64,000 nt of DNA from Lepidodermella squamata (taxonomy: Eukaryota; Animalia; Gastrotricha): positions 1,426,001-1,490,000 of the forward strand of contig JBLDXI010000003.1 of the NCBI GenBank assembly GCA_047495785.1. Reading direction: 5' to 3'. Under the pieces are notes generated by a model that worked only from the letters and a program-made list of their open reading frames with translations, made no database searches and had not been told where the DNA came from. Numbering within the stretch: the first letter of the stretch is position 1; each line of letters starts with the position of its first letter. Position numbers and translations under genes: made by a program. Positions 1-12,680 of this stretch are shown here, piece by piece.

Positions 1-33
1 ACAGGTGATCGAGAAAATCAAGGCTACAACTAC

Positions 34-2562
34 ATGGAGTGTCCCGCTTCGATTTCCCTTAGTAAACCAAAGCTCGAAAAGCATTGGAGGGTCGTGTCAG
101 CATGTTTTACTCATCATAATCACGAGGTTAGTGCTGAGAAATACGCTACTTACCCGGAACAGTGCAAGTTGAGCTCCGAGGAGAAAGAAAGTATTACAAA
201 GAGATTTGAAGGTATCCATGTTCGGCCGAAAACTGTGGAAAAACACGTCCGGCGGTTGACAAATAAAATGGTAACGGCGAAGCAACTAGCTAATTTGCGA
301 TTGTTGAAACCATCGGACCAGCTTCTTGCTGAAAAGCTTGTCAAGTTCTTAGACGAAGTCGAGGCTGATGGTGGTGTAGTTGAGGAAAGGGTGTCCGAAG
401 AAAATCACACTCAAGTCCTGTTTGTCTCTACAAAGAAGATGCGGCAGCGCCTTGAACGCCAGAAGCCGAAAACCATGATTTTGGATACAACCTTCGGGAC
501 CAATAAGTCGGGTTACAAGCTAATGGTCTTTTGCTATCCAAATGCTGATAATGGCAAAACTGCTATTGCAGCTATTGCCATGTTGGAGGATGAAAGCGAC
601 TCCAACGTCAAGGCGGCATTTCTTATTTTCAAAGAACTGCACTCGCCAAAAATATTCTTGGTTGACAAAGACCTGAAGCAGATCGAGCTGCTGCGGTCAA
701 CCTTTCTGTGTATCGTACTTCTATGTCATTGGCACGTCGCCAAGTATCTGAAAAACTTGATCGCCACAGCTCCCACAGAAGTTGAGGTGAAGGTGGAATT
801 GTATAAATTGATTCTTGCCATGATGCGCTCGCGTGATGATGATGTGTATGGAGAATACCTGGGTCAATTCAACGTCGCTGCGGAAGGAATACGAGTTCGA
901 ATTCAAAAGAAATATGTTTCATTGTGCGAATACTTTGAACGCAACTGGAACAGTTGCACCGAAATGTGGGTGAAGCATTTTCGCAGTCGTCTGGAAACAA
1001 TGGGTGAAAATACGACCAGCAGAGCAGAAGGATCATTCGGCAGTTTCAAGGTTATATTGCATGCAACACTCGGCAAGAAACCGAAGATCGAAGCTGTCGT
1101 GCCGGCTGTGTGCGAAATGGCAGATGATCAGGCTGAAACCATCCACGCCAAGAGAATTCAGCCTGTCTCCGACGAATTTCAAGCCGTCCTCTACAAGGCA
1201 TCTTTTGCAGTGTCATCTTTGGCGGTTAAAAAGTACTTTCAGCAACTGAAAGCTCTTAAAACCGTCGAATACAAGAAGCTGTCGCTTGGACAGGTGAAAG
1301 TTCTTGCAGCTGAAGGGGACAGAACGTACTCGACTTATCATGACCAATGCGATTGTTCCATTTTCAATCAAAGCAAAATTCCGTGTCATCACATTCTTGC
1401 ACTCCGTCAGAAAGATGACTTGCCTATGTTCGAACTGAAATTATTCGGGCTTCAGTATCATCGAATCAGCTCCAACGAGGCGCCAGCGAGTGATCAAGAC
1501 GAAGATTCAAGCTCGGAAGCTGGGCAGGCATCTGCACAGGAGGAGGAAGAGGAGGAGGAAACTTTTGACTTCGAGGAAGCCAATTTTCACAGCCCGCAAT
1601 CGAGCAAAGCGCAGCAAGCTAAGTCAGCCAAAGCGAAGTCGACCCAGAAGAAGTATCGCGGTGCCATGGATCTAATGACTGACATTGCGAATATCATGTC
1701 TCAGCATGGTATGGAGCAGTATGATCGCTACGTCGCCAATCTCCGTCAATTCAAAATGTTGATCAATGATGGTAAAAACGTTGTTGTCGGTGAAGAAATC
1801 AGCGAACGTCTTGACGAAGATGGCGAAGATGACGAACTTCCTGAATTGGCCATTCCTATTGAAGAAGCTGATGTCATTGAGCACGAAAAAACTCCCTCTA
1901 GGCCTGGATCGAAGTTCGCTTTGGCTTTCAAAACCGGCGTCAAGTGTCGAGGAAGACCGAAAGATTCAGACAAGCAGGCAAAATTCAATGCTAAGAAGAT
2001 CACGTCGAAACCATCTAACCCAGTAGCGCAGAAGTCGAAAAAGTTAGAATCTGGAGCTGAATCAGATGAAAGCGATAGTGTTGTGAAGCCATCAAGAAAG
2101 TCCGGCAAGAACGGTAACAGGCGATCGAAAAAGCTGGAAACCGATTCGGAAACTTCGAATGAATCTTTGCGAGAGTCCCTTTTGGAAGAATCTGAAGCAT
2201 CTTCGTCTAAATTTTCTGAACTATCGACAAACGTCTCGAAAGTCCAAGACAGCTTTATTGCTCGAAGCGGGTAAGACGCTCAACCTTTTATTGAAACAAC
2301 ATGAATTTCCATTATTTCTAGGATACCTTGGATCGCCGATTTGAATCTGGGCGTCGAAGATCGAGAAGCCATCGCGAACCCCAAGGGTTTGTTGACTGAC
2401 GATATAATGACGGCAATTACTCAATTAGCTCGAGCGCATTACAGCCTGAACTTGCCAGATGAAGAGGTGACCGCATTCGCTGCTCCCGTTGCAGCTGGTC
2501 GGGCAAGTCCCGGATATATGCCGGCCAGTGACAGGGGCTTTCAACTACACAATGGCCAGTGA
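34..2562 (+). mobile_element. MULE (Mutator-like) transposase with SWIM zinc finger; probable second exon 2322-2562 encoding the truncated start of a Ulp1-like protease domain; 5' end probably lies outside the window
   Basis: 746-aa ORF with CPA...HNH, ILDTTFGTNK, FLVDKD, CHWH and the SWIM motif CDCSIFNQSKIPCHH. A GT-AG intron 2271-2321 joins in frame to IPWIADLNLGVEDREAIANPKGLLTDDIM, which resembles the start of a C48/Ulp1 domain. Confidence 0.85.
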
Positions 2563-3000
2563 CAGGGGCTTCAAAAGCAGCAACTACAGCGATTTCCCGC
2601 GACGAAAAAGAAGGGCCGCACGCCATCGGCGGAGCTCGTAGAAATTAAGTTAAATTAAATTGGGTTATATTTATGAAAATGATGAGATGATGAGAGACGA
2701 GGAAGAATAAAATACCTTCGAGAGCATTTTGTCTTATTCATTTTGTCTTATTCATAGCGCAGCCACTTTTTACCGAGGCCGAGAACATCTCACAATAGAG
2801 CCCGTAATTTGAATAAGGGAACGCGAACAGATTTTTCGGCCAATATTTTTCATTTTGAAAATAAAAAATATTGGCCGAAAAAGTTTGTCCTTTTGTGCAG
2901 GCAATTCGTTTGCTCTATTGTGCGATTTTCTCGGCTACGGTAAAAAGTGGCTGCGCTATGTTTTGTCTTATTCCAGCCTTTTAGCTTAATTATTTTTCTT

Positions 3001-3172
3001 ATGTACGAATAGCAAAAAATGTGTACATAATATGTACGAATAGCAAAATAGTTGTACATAATATGTACGAATAGCAAAAAAGTTGTACATAATATGTACG
3101 AATAGCAAAAAAGTTGTACATATTTATGTACGAATAGCAAAAAAGTTGTACATATTTATGTACGAATAGCAG
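3001..3172. repeat. Minisatellite of about 30-31 bp, about 6 copies (ATGTACGAATAGCAAAAAAGTTGTACATAAT)
   Basis: Tandem units directly visible downstream of the MULE ORF; possibly subterminal repeats of that element. Confidence 0.9.
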
Positions 3173-4634
3173 CACCCCTTTTTATAATTAGTTATGAAAT
3201 TCCTCGAAATTTTTGAAAAGGCGTTTTATTGAGAAACTGACTTTTCCCCGCAACTTGCGATTTTGGTTCCGCTAAAAGTGAGACCTGCTTTTATTTATTT
3301 TTGGTCCATCGATCAACTATGACTCGGATGTAAAAAAGCGGTTTTTAATACTTCCTGTTCCTGCTTATTAGCCGGGTGATCATCGATTAATTTTTCGGTT
3401 TAAAATTAAATGCGGGGTATATATGCCCCTGTTTTTACTTGCATTATTCCTTTGTTTTTTTACATATCAAAAAATGTATCCACTAATGTCCCCAAAAATG
3501 TCCCATCAATTGGGCAACCATTTTTAATTTCGCAGATTTAATCAAGAAATTAAACTATTTTTTTAATTAACCCTACAGGGAGAGCATCTTATAGTTTTCC
3601 CGAAAGCATTTGATTTTGATTAAGGAATTTTGTGGAGATAACCCGGATGGAAGACCTGTTCGGTAATTTTCGGTATTTTACCCAGTTGGACAGAATTGAT
3701 AAAACTATTCCCAGGGCGTTCTGAATGCTTCTAAGATTTTTCTGGCCATGAAGTAAGACATTAGACTTTCTTATCCTTTGTCCGCGCATTCCCTTGTTAG
3801 CTTTAGGCTTTAGTTATGGGACACTGTAAGTGATTTGCCTTGTAAGTTCACGAGTGAATCAACGCTGAAATGTGATTTTTTCTCCCATCTCCAAGCCCAA
3901 ATAATTTGAAAGGCATAAATATCAGTTCCTTTCAAATCAGCAATCATCCATCAGCCAGTATTTTCGCCGTTTTTCCTTCACAAAATCGCATTGTCGAATT
4001 TCGGTGGTCATAATAGTAAACATAATATTTAAATGACCCAATAATATCAGGTTTCACCGTCGGATTTTACCGACTTGCATTCAAAAGACAACCGCTACAA
4101 TTAGTTGGTACATATTTTCAATATTGGATGGATGCAATATTGGATGATAAATGCGTTGATGTTCGCGCACTCTAAAAGTAATCCTTATTAGCCATCGGTT
4201 GGCATTTCGCTTTCTCGAAACCACGCGCGTGCAAAACTGATGCATAGAACGTGACTTTCCGGAACATTCAAAAATTAGCCACTCAGATGGAATTTAACTT
4301 GAGTAGTAGCTTTGTGTTCATCAACCAAGCCGCGCATCGCTTTCCCCAGTCTCCTTCGATATTTTTGCCATTCCAGAGAAACGGTGGAAACATCTCATTA
4401 TTCAGCCGAAAGATGATCCACCACGTTCTTCTCAGCTGAATTCATCCCGCTAATTATTCGCGAAAAATGTGTATTAGCTAGATTTTGTTAGTACCCAACC
4501 ACACTTTTCGAATTTACGCAAGACGAGACAGCTAATATTCCCCCAAAGGCAGCTGGTGTAACTTGACCCGAGTACCGGCTTCAAGATTCAAATTTGAAAT
4601 CTTTGACAAGGCAAAACTGATATCTCCAAAGAAA

Positions 4635-7158
4635 ATGAACAACCTCTTTCGATGGACAATTTTCGTCCTGGGCGCTACGATGGTCCAGAGTCAGGCTAAC
4701 CAAACAGCCCCTCAAAAGGGGCCCTATCGGTTGCTGGTACTTGGCTTCGCTTCGTTAACTGGCTACCCAGCTCTCGACGGCAAAACTTGCTTCCCTTCAA
4801 TGCAAGTTGCCATCGATGCAGCGAACAACCGATCCGACTTCTTGCCAGACTACCAAATCGAGCTGAAACAGGCAACGGAGGGTGTCCAAGGTACAGAGAC
4901 CCTGAAAGGCATCATGGCCTTCAGCCAGTACTTCCAGCAAAACGCTCAGCCTAACGAAGTCCAAGCCCCAGTTATAGCCGCTGGCCTCCTAACACCAGGC
5001 TGCCTACCCGCAGCGGCTTCTGTTCATAACTGGAACTCAGTCATGATCTGCCATGGATGCGCTTCACCTGGCGCGACGAACAATCGAAGGTTGTACAAAA
5101 ACTGGTACCTAAGCCGCATGCCGCCGGAAATGATGGCCTTCGCCCGCGTCAAATTCGTCAAAGAAGTCGGGCAATGGAATAAAGCTGCGCTGCTAACCAA
5201 CGCTTTGAACGAATATGACTATTCCTTAGCGAGATTTACGTTCAATACTATGACAAGAGCTGGGGTGAATGTAATTTGGTATGATACTTACATCACCACC
5301 CCTTCAAGGGACACTCTTCTTTCGCTGATGAAGGTGAATGCGAGGATCATTTTCACTGAGGGCAACGGCAATGGCTTTCTCACTCTGTTATGCAATGCCT
5401 ATTTGTTGGGAATGACTGGGTCGAGATATGTTTTTGTGGCCTCGCCGCTGCTTTTCCTTGACCCGAGGGAGCAACCTGACCCATTTCTTCCAGGGTGTTC
5501 ACGGGCTGCTCTGATAAGCCAGGTAAAAAACTTGAATTTTGGAAATTTTGGCTCCCAGGAGCTTCAATTGGGAGAAGCATCTCGAATTCATTCTAACCAG
5601 TCTAAAATCACGAATTTTTCAGGTTAGAAGTGCGTTCTATGTTGGAACCGTAACATCTGCAAGTGAGAACCAAGGCCCAACCACATTTGGCTACGATCTC
5701 CCCGAATTCGAGACCAGGCTCGATGCTTTGACCAACAAGCGAAGGAGTAACGAATATGTACTACGTCACCAGTGCCACGACACAATGCTGTTGGTTCTCG
5801 TAGCTCTGAACGAGACAGAAAGATTGTTGAGGTCAAGGTACAACCTAACTCTTCGAGCTATGGCGACACATCCTGAGTTGGTCATGCGGACCGCGGATGA
5901 GAGTATGAAGTACCTTGAAGTCTACAGCCTCACTACTGGGTATAAACGATACTCGGATCGCCTTCATATGGATGACGAGCCGCAAATGATAGCGCAATAT
6001 CAAGATAAATCAGGGCTGCAAGCGACTCATCGAATCTACCACGAATACGGGAAGGATGTGCTAGACGATTCGACGTACCATTCTTGGAAGATTCGAGACG
6101 TTATCTGGCAAACTTTAGACGGAAAGCCACCTCGGGACAGTCCTTCATCGAAAGTCGTGACTGATAACATCACGTTATCAACATCGGCAGCCTTACTATC
6201 AATTTGCGCGATTTGGCTGATTTCCCAAGCTTTGCTGGTCTTTAAAGACTGGTTGCAAGATCGGAGAACTACATCCAGTGATTCGAAGGCGTTCCTTCAG
6301 CTGAAAGTTTCGATTTGTATAGCTACCGCGACTTGTTGCATCGGGGCTGCGTTCTTCGCGCTGCCTCTTCATTTGATCGACAAAACTTGGGTTTGCTTCT
6401 ATCAAGTCGCGTTTTCAGTGGTCGGGCTCAGCCTCTTGAATGGTCAGCTGGTTGCGAGACACCTGGTTTATAGAGCAATCTTGAGTTACTACCGAATTCC
6501 TGTATCGAGAGCTGGCAGTGTAGCCGTCGGATCATCTTCTGGGAAATCGGGCGATTCAGGAAGGTCCAGCCAGTATCCGAAGCCCAAAGTATCAAGGGTG
6601 TCTTCAACTGCATCGAGCCTACCACCGGCCGAGGCACCAGGTATTCCCTCTGAAAAAGCAGTGAAATATCTATCAACATTCGCAATCTACACTATCGGGT
6701 TTCTCATTGCTAACATCTTCGTAGTTGCGGCTTGGTTCATGTTCGATGGTATGCAACTTCTGGAAACAAGTGAGAGCGAGAAGGTCTATGATTCTGCTAG
6801 CGATGCGTATGTAGCAACCATTACGCATTATTGCCATTCCGAACATCAACTCGCATGGTTGTTGACGCTATTCGCAATTCACGTCATTTGGCTTTCTATT
6901 GGATTAATGCGGAGTTACTCACTCCAGTGTCAGAAGTTTAAATTGACTAATGGCGAGGTTATGTATGTTCGACTCGGCCTCGTCAATGCGACAACACTGC
7001 TCATTGCGACAGTTGCGTTGATTTTCATTCTAGGGGGATCAGCTACTATTCAGTATATCGTCATTTCTGTCAACTTTTTGGTTCTAACAGCACTGACCAC
7101 CGTTGCCGTATTTTGGAGTTCATTTTTCGGCAAACTTAGGCAATGCATTCGACTCTGA
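4635..7158 (+). CDS. Class C GPCR, GABA-B-receptor-like (Venus flytrap plus 7TM); two exons, 4635-5522 and 5623-7158; about 807 aa
   Basis: Signal peptide MNNLFRWTIFVLGATMVQS; ANF-receptor-like domain (AIDAANNRSDFLPDYQIEL, NARIIF); WQTLDGKPPRD before TM1 with no cysteine-rich domain; seven hydrophobic helices; YCHS in ECL2. Phase-0 intron CAG/gtaaaa...ttcag/GTT joins the two ORFs. Confidence 0.88.
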
Positions 7159-7297
7159 TGGAGAGTTCAGGCTGACCTAAGACTATGGAAAGGAAATTTG
7201 TTGTTTTATTTGTTTATTCGGCTCTTACTACCGATTTTGTCATGAAATACCTGTCTGCGGTTTGAAAGATGAGCATAAACGAATTTCTGCTAGTTTC

Positions 7298-7506
7298 TTG
7301 TGTGTAGTAACTCAACTAATTATTTCATTACAATGCGCTATAATAAAAGTGAAGTGTTGATGAGTTGAGCTCTTAGCTGCTCACGTATAAAACTTTGCTT
7401 ACGAAAAAACACTAGTTGTTACAGTCTGGATTGAAGAGACCAATGATTTCGAAAGCTAATTTGCTAATCATGCAAAGCCGATTTTTGTTCCAGCGGAGAA
7501 ACAGCT
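7298..7506 (+). pseudogene. Remnant of a Cys-rich family gene: upstream motif plus degenerate exon 2, exon 1 lost
   Basis: 7471-7506 reads CKADFCSSGETA/gtaa (compare exon 2 of B, CKLDSCSSGETA/gtaa). 7298-7400 resembles the upstream regions of A and B. Confidence 0.65.
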
Positions 7507-8357
7507 GTAAAGGACAATTATCCAGCTTGAAGCAAACGTTACATTAACATGTACGGTCATTTGGGGCAAAATGAACCTTTGGGGCTAATTGGCCAAAAAT
7601 TGAGGTAATTGTTTTATTTTGATTTTCCGATATTTTTTGGCTCGAATAACGATTTTTCGCCAAGAGCAACTCTGGCAAAATTCCGGAATTTATTGTTTTT
7701 GACCATCCACCATTATCCACCTCGTGCGAAGTCATTTGAAGGCGTTTTATACACCATCATGTACATCGTCAATTGAGCGCAAATAAAACATAATATATTC
7801 ATTTATATATATTTATATTTTTTTTGGACTTTTGTGTGTTTGTTTCGTTTATATGACTCGTTGAACCACACAGTTTTTTGACATTTGCGGATTGCCATGA
7901 ATCGCTCGATACAAAATGGTAAGTAGGAGTAATGGTAGTAGTGTCGTAGTGTTGTGGGCGCCAAGGCGTAATTCGATATGTGAGGCCCGAAGGAACAAAG
8001 GATTAATAAAGGAGGTTAAAAACGAGGCCTACATTGCGCGTGAAGGCTTGCAGAGGACGACCAAGGCTCATGGATCAAAGGCTCAAAGGTTCAAGGCTCG
8101 AGGGTTCAAGGCTGACAACCAAGATCTGTCGAGTATGAAGCACAATGATTAGCCATTTCAAGCACATCTTAGATTTCAGGACGTGGCTTCCACAGGGCAA
8201 GGGCTGACGTCAAATTGACGCGAGGGCAGTTTGTTCACAGTAGGGCTCGAGGGCTAAGGATCTAAAGGCAAGGATTTGATGCTTTCATTCGTTCTCTCTG
8301 GAAGCCGGAAGGTATTGGTCTGTGGTTAGAGCAAGAGCGAAGTCCTACCGAGTTCCT

Positions 8358-8460
8358 TGTGTGTAACAACTCACTTAATTATTTCATTACAATGCGCTTG
8401 AGTATAATTGAAGCGTTCATATGGCAATTCACTGACCTGCTCACGTATCTTACTTCTTGC
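8358..8460 (+). promoter_or_regulatory. Conserved upstream block of the Cys-rich family (copy before gene A)
   Basis: TGTGTA..AAC...TTTCATTACAA...GAAG(C/T)GTT...CTGCTCACGTAT recurs at about 7298-7400, 8358-8460 and 23675-23770, shortly before the ATG of A and B. Confidence 0.55.
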
Positions 8461-8496
8461 ATAGAAAATACTCATTCTTGACAATCTGTTCACTCA

Positions 8497-11400
8497 ATGT
8501 TTTTAAATATTACCTTTTTCGTGTCTGCTTATCTGGCCTTCTTAGCTCAGCAAATATCGATTGTGGCTGGTTGCAGTCCGAGTAATACAGGCAAAGATGC
8601 GGGGCCAGTTACGTATCCCATGGTAAGATTTCCAATTTGACACGAATGAGTTGAAGATTTATATTCTCTACGGCATTCTGATTTCTTCCTAGTACGTTCA
8701 ATGCTTCTCGAATGGAATCGGATCATGTAAAGCCGAATTATGTTCAATCGGAGAAACAGTTGTAAATATCTCTTGAATAATATTTTTACTGAATTTAGCC
8801 CGTAACCCTTGCTCTACATAGATATCTGAAAAATTCTCGGACTTAGCCGTCTGTCAGAAATCTGCGCAGGTTGGAAAGTTTTTCTCCTCTAAATCTGTTA
8901 TCGGCTATTTCTACCATCTAACATAATTTTCAAGCGATTTGTGATTTGTGGTTACGGTAATGACAGCGTCACCTGCACCCCTGCCGTTCCAGGGTGCTCA
9001 GGATCTCTGCGTTTGGTGAAACAAGTGAGGAATTATTAGGATTTAGGGTGAATTATATTTACAACATAATCCGCTGGCCACTCGTCCTCTTCTTAAAATT
9101 TGATGTGTTCTTCAACATGTCAAAAGGACTTACCTGGACCATTATATTGTGAGCAAAGGAATTCCACCAATGGCTCAAGCTGAAAAGATGAAAACTCCAC
9201 TAAATATATTTATACTTATCACAACTAGTTAGCGGCAAATATTTTCGATAATGTCGATCAATGCGCAGCCACAATGAGTGAATTGACATCCGTAAGCGCC
9301 TAATCTGCTGCAAAACCTCCCTCTTTAAGCTTGATGAAATTTTCGCTGCTCTTATTCCCAGAGATATGTCATCTGCGAGAACTCTAATTCAATTCTTGCT
9401 TGCGTATCATCTCAGCCAGGATGTACCAATAATTTGACAGTAAGCTCGAAGGTAAGTTTCACCATTGACAACATACGGCTGCATCGAATGCTTATTCATA
9501 CGCAATGCATCTCCCACATATCAGTACGGAAATCAGTTATTCCAATCTGCTGAACAATGCGCATCGATCGTATCTGCTGACGCAAAGGTATGCTCATGAG
9601 AAAGTCTGCTGAGCTGTTTGTGACCAGCATTTCCAGTCTGAACTAAAGTGGATCCGCTGCTCGAACGGTGTTGGAGGACCCGTCTGCAGATTCAAACAAT
9701 GCGAAGCAGGAGAAATGCGGGCAAGCCACCAATGCAACAAATTAATGTTGGGTTTCACTGTTCAACTAACAGCTCAACTTCACAGCAAACATCAACTTTG
9801 AATCAGAACTGTCCTGCAAAACCACATTATACGTGTGGCAACTCATGATATTTCTTCGAGTTCATAAAAAGTTTCTTCATCAATTAGGTCGCTGTCCCGT
9901 GCTATAATCCGTTAGCGAGCTCCTGGCCCAGCTTTCAGATCGTCCCCGGTTTCGATCACACTTTTCCCGCGGGCTGCAAGTCTCGGCAGGTGCAACTTTG
10001 GGTACGCCCACTTTAAAATCAATCAGAAATTATTTGACTCCACTTTTTTACAGATTGGCAGCAATAATTATTTGCGATCGAGTGGCCCCAACCTAGACGC
10101 TCAGTTGTCAGCATTCAACACGTTCAACATTCAGGTTCTCCAGTATACGGAAAACGTGAACAAAGTGAAAATTTGCTAATGAATAAGACATTTACTGATC
10201 CGAAACAATGTTTTCAGTTGACTTACACAAGGTGTACCCGTGACAATGGCCTGATCTGCAGACCCACTGAGGTTGGATGCTACAACATTGGCGAAGGCAG
10301 TCCTCAGGAGCTTCAGGTCTTTTTTAAATAATAATACGAGTGTATCTCATAGGTGGATATCAGGATGAAAATTGGCCCGAAGGAAGAATATCCACCGATA
10401 TCACTCGTATACGGCATTGTGTTTGAGCTAAATATTGGATCTTTCGGGCGCACGCTGATTGGTCAATCGATCATTACTATGACTCCCGGATGAAACTTGC
10501 AGTAGCGCTATCCATTGAATTTTTTGCTACAAGTATTTTGTTGTGCAGTGATTTGCCACGATTATTATGGATTATTATGGAGTTTACGCTCGTGGTCAAT
10601 GGAAACCGTGGCGGGGGTGTGGCAAGGTCATTTTTGCATAAATATAAAATAATTTATTAGTTGTTTCATCCCGGAGTCATAGCAACAGTAAATCGACCAA
10701 TCAGCGCGCGGGTCGAAGATTAACTTACAACTTGAAACACAATGGGGTTTTAGTGTACAAAACCGACGCAGTATCCGTTGTCATTTGGCAAGCTGATACT
10801 TAGTAACAGTCGGGACATTGTTAATTCAATAAACTACTACCACTAGTGCTGCTTGTAAAAGAAGTAGTGGCTTAAAATTGACAAAATTATCAAGCTCTTT
10901 ATATCAGTTAACAGCAGGAAGAACGTTCTCACTCAACGACTGTCAGTGCTGTCAACGACTCTACGACTGTCAGTGTCATTACGTAAGATAAAAACTGTTG
11001 ATCGGAAAAACTGTTATAACTTATATAACATGTTCATCTTCAATCAGGCCGAAATTCGAATGTGGTACTACTATCAACCTAGACAGCAAATTGGTACATT
11101 GGGCGGTCCTATCATGTGTCTTTCTGACGTCATAACTAAAGTTGACAGCAACAAAGTATGTGACTTTTCCGCGTAGAATCCGCTGACACAGGCATTTGTT
11201 ACCAGCTTTTACCGTCATTCGGGAATTTCTCCGATATTTCAACATGCATGTCAAGCGCCCTCACCGTAAGAGATTCGCCAAAAATTTTAAAAGTAAACGT
11301 AAATGTGTGCCGGTTTTTTTCAGGTGGTTTTCACTAAATACATTCGTTGTTTGACGCGCGGAGGTGGCTATAGCGATTGGGGTGTGGGGCTTACCGCAAT

Positions 11401-11972
11401 CGTTTGCCGACCCGTCGAGGTTGTGGGCAACAATTGTGTTGAATCTGATTACAGCAGATCACCAGTAAGTTGATTCTCATAAAAAAATTAAAACAAATCA
11501 CTAATTTTGCCTTGATACATCCGAAACCATTGTGAAATCTTTACTCAGTCTTGTGCGTTCGTTTAGCATTTAGTAGCTGAGTCGAAAATATTAAATTTGT
11601 CTATGATTGATTACAGGAAGGGGCAATCTATTCAACCGTCTACGATTGCCTAAGGGCCGACGTTGGCCACGGTCCGGTAAGATTTCGGCGGCTTCATTTC
11701 CCTAGAGACCATGAAAATTGTCATTCAGGCCAAATGCTGCTGCTTTGATGTGAATACCGGAATAAGCATATTGATCGGGAGTGTTGTTAACATCACATCA
11801 ACAAACCCCAACTTTTGTTCGTGTCCGATCGGCTACTATATTCCGGTATGTTGCTTATTCGAAGTTTATTGAAACACGCAGATCAGAGATTACTGCAATT
11901 TTCGTTCTCAAGGAACCCTACGCCTATTCAATCGAAATGTTCAGCGATCCGAGCAATTCAAGAAAATGTTAA
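8497..11972 (+). CDS. Cys-rich modular secreted protein A; 17 exons, about 490 aa, all introns phase 0
   Basis: Exons 8497-8622 (signal peptide MFLNITFFVSAYLAFLAQQISIVAGC), 8693-8761, 8822-8869, 8935-9024, 9525-9587, 9649-9720 (GC donor), 9773-9832, 9888-10001, 10054-10164, 10218-10316, 10908-10982, 11048-11155, 11206-11265, 11324-11464, 11617-11676, 11729-11845, 11913-11972. Each is a multiple of 3, stop-free, flanked by AG and GT(GC), and matched by paralogous exons in B, D and E. Confidence 0.85.
10402..10755. mobile_element. MITE-like element with imperfect long inverted repeats, in intron 10 of gene A
   Basis: cattgtgttt...gctgattggtc...tatgactcccggatgaaac versus gtttcatcccggagtcatag...gaccaatcagc...aaacacaatg. 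Confidence 0.6.
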
Positions 11973-12135
11973 CATTTATCCATATTGCACTCGTAATTTT
12001 CTGCTGTACTTTGACGAACCTTGTTAACACACTGACACATAAACACACCAGATTTGTGCCTATACCTGTGACTGCGGAGTGCATGAATAACTTGTTATCA
12101 AAGTGATACAGCACATATTCAATAAAGTTGAAGCT

Positions 12136-12680
12136 AAATGCTTATCCAAAGTTGTGTGCAGCTCCATCTACCTCGAACACCTGGTCTACACCTGGTTTCT
12201 GCTCGTTGAAAACCATGGACGCTCAAGATTCAAGAGATTTGATCTTTGCATCTCTGCACGTTGCTGCATTTTATCTTCCTCGCTGGAAAGGCGTGTTCGT
12301 GTTCGGGCATCGTCGGGTCGTTCCTTGCCCAGTCCCAGGTACTTTACGCCTCCAATGATCCAATGATGCCGCTGCTCGACTTCGAGAGCGTCCGCCTGAA
12401 GGCCGACCCGTCTCCGAGCTCCGTGCTGTTGAGAAACAGCCTTCCTCGTGGTCTTCTGCTAAAAAAACCTTAAGAAAAAGTAGGAGTGCAACCCAAGACC
12501 TTTGGGTTGGGACCTCTGAGGTGATACCAATACGCAATAGAGCTCAGTGACGAAAAATTAGCAGATTCGGCAAATTTAAACATTTAGCCGATGCTGAAAA
12601 GAAACGAATTCAAGCCAATACATCAACTGTAACGCGGTATCGACGTAGATGGAGCTGCACACAGCTTGGGATATGCATTT
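12136..12680. mobile_element. MITE with about 40-bp TIRs; a CAGTGCTCCCTCG-type element end abuts it at 12682
   Basis: aaatgcttatccaaagttgtgtgcagctccatctac versus gtagatggagctgcacacagcttgggatatgcattt. Confidence 0.6.

Noticed and set aside
3001-3172. About 30-bp repeats as a CRISPR array
   Set aside because: Units are contiguous with no unique spacers, there are no cas genes, and the context is eukaryotic.
4635-7158. Assigning the symbol GABBR1 or GABBR2
   Set aside because: The architecture fits, but the sequence is too divergent and lacks the C-terminal coiled-coil tail; orthology cannot be shown by eye.
8497-11972. Calling the Cys-rich family Kunitz, EGF or true micro-exon genes
   Set aside because: The Cys count and spacing do not match Kunitz or EGF, and the exons (45-144 nt) are longer than classical micro-exons.
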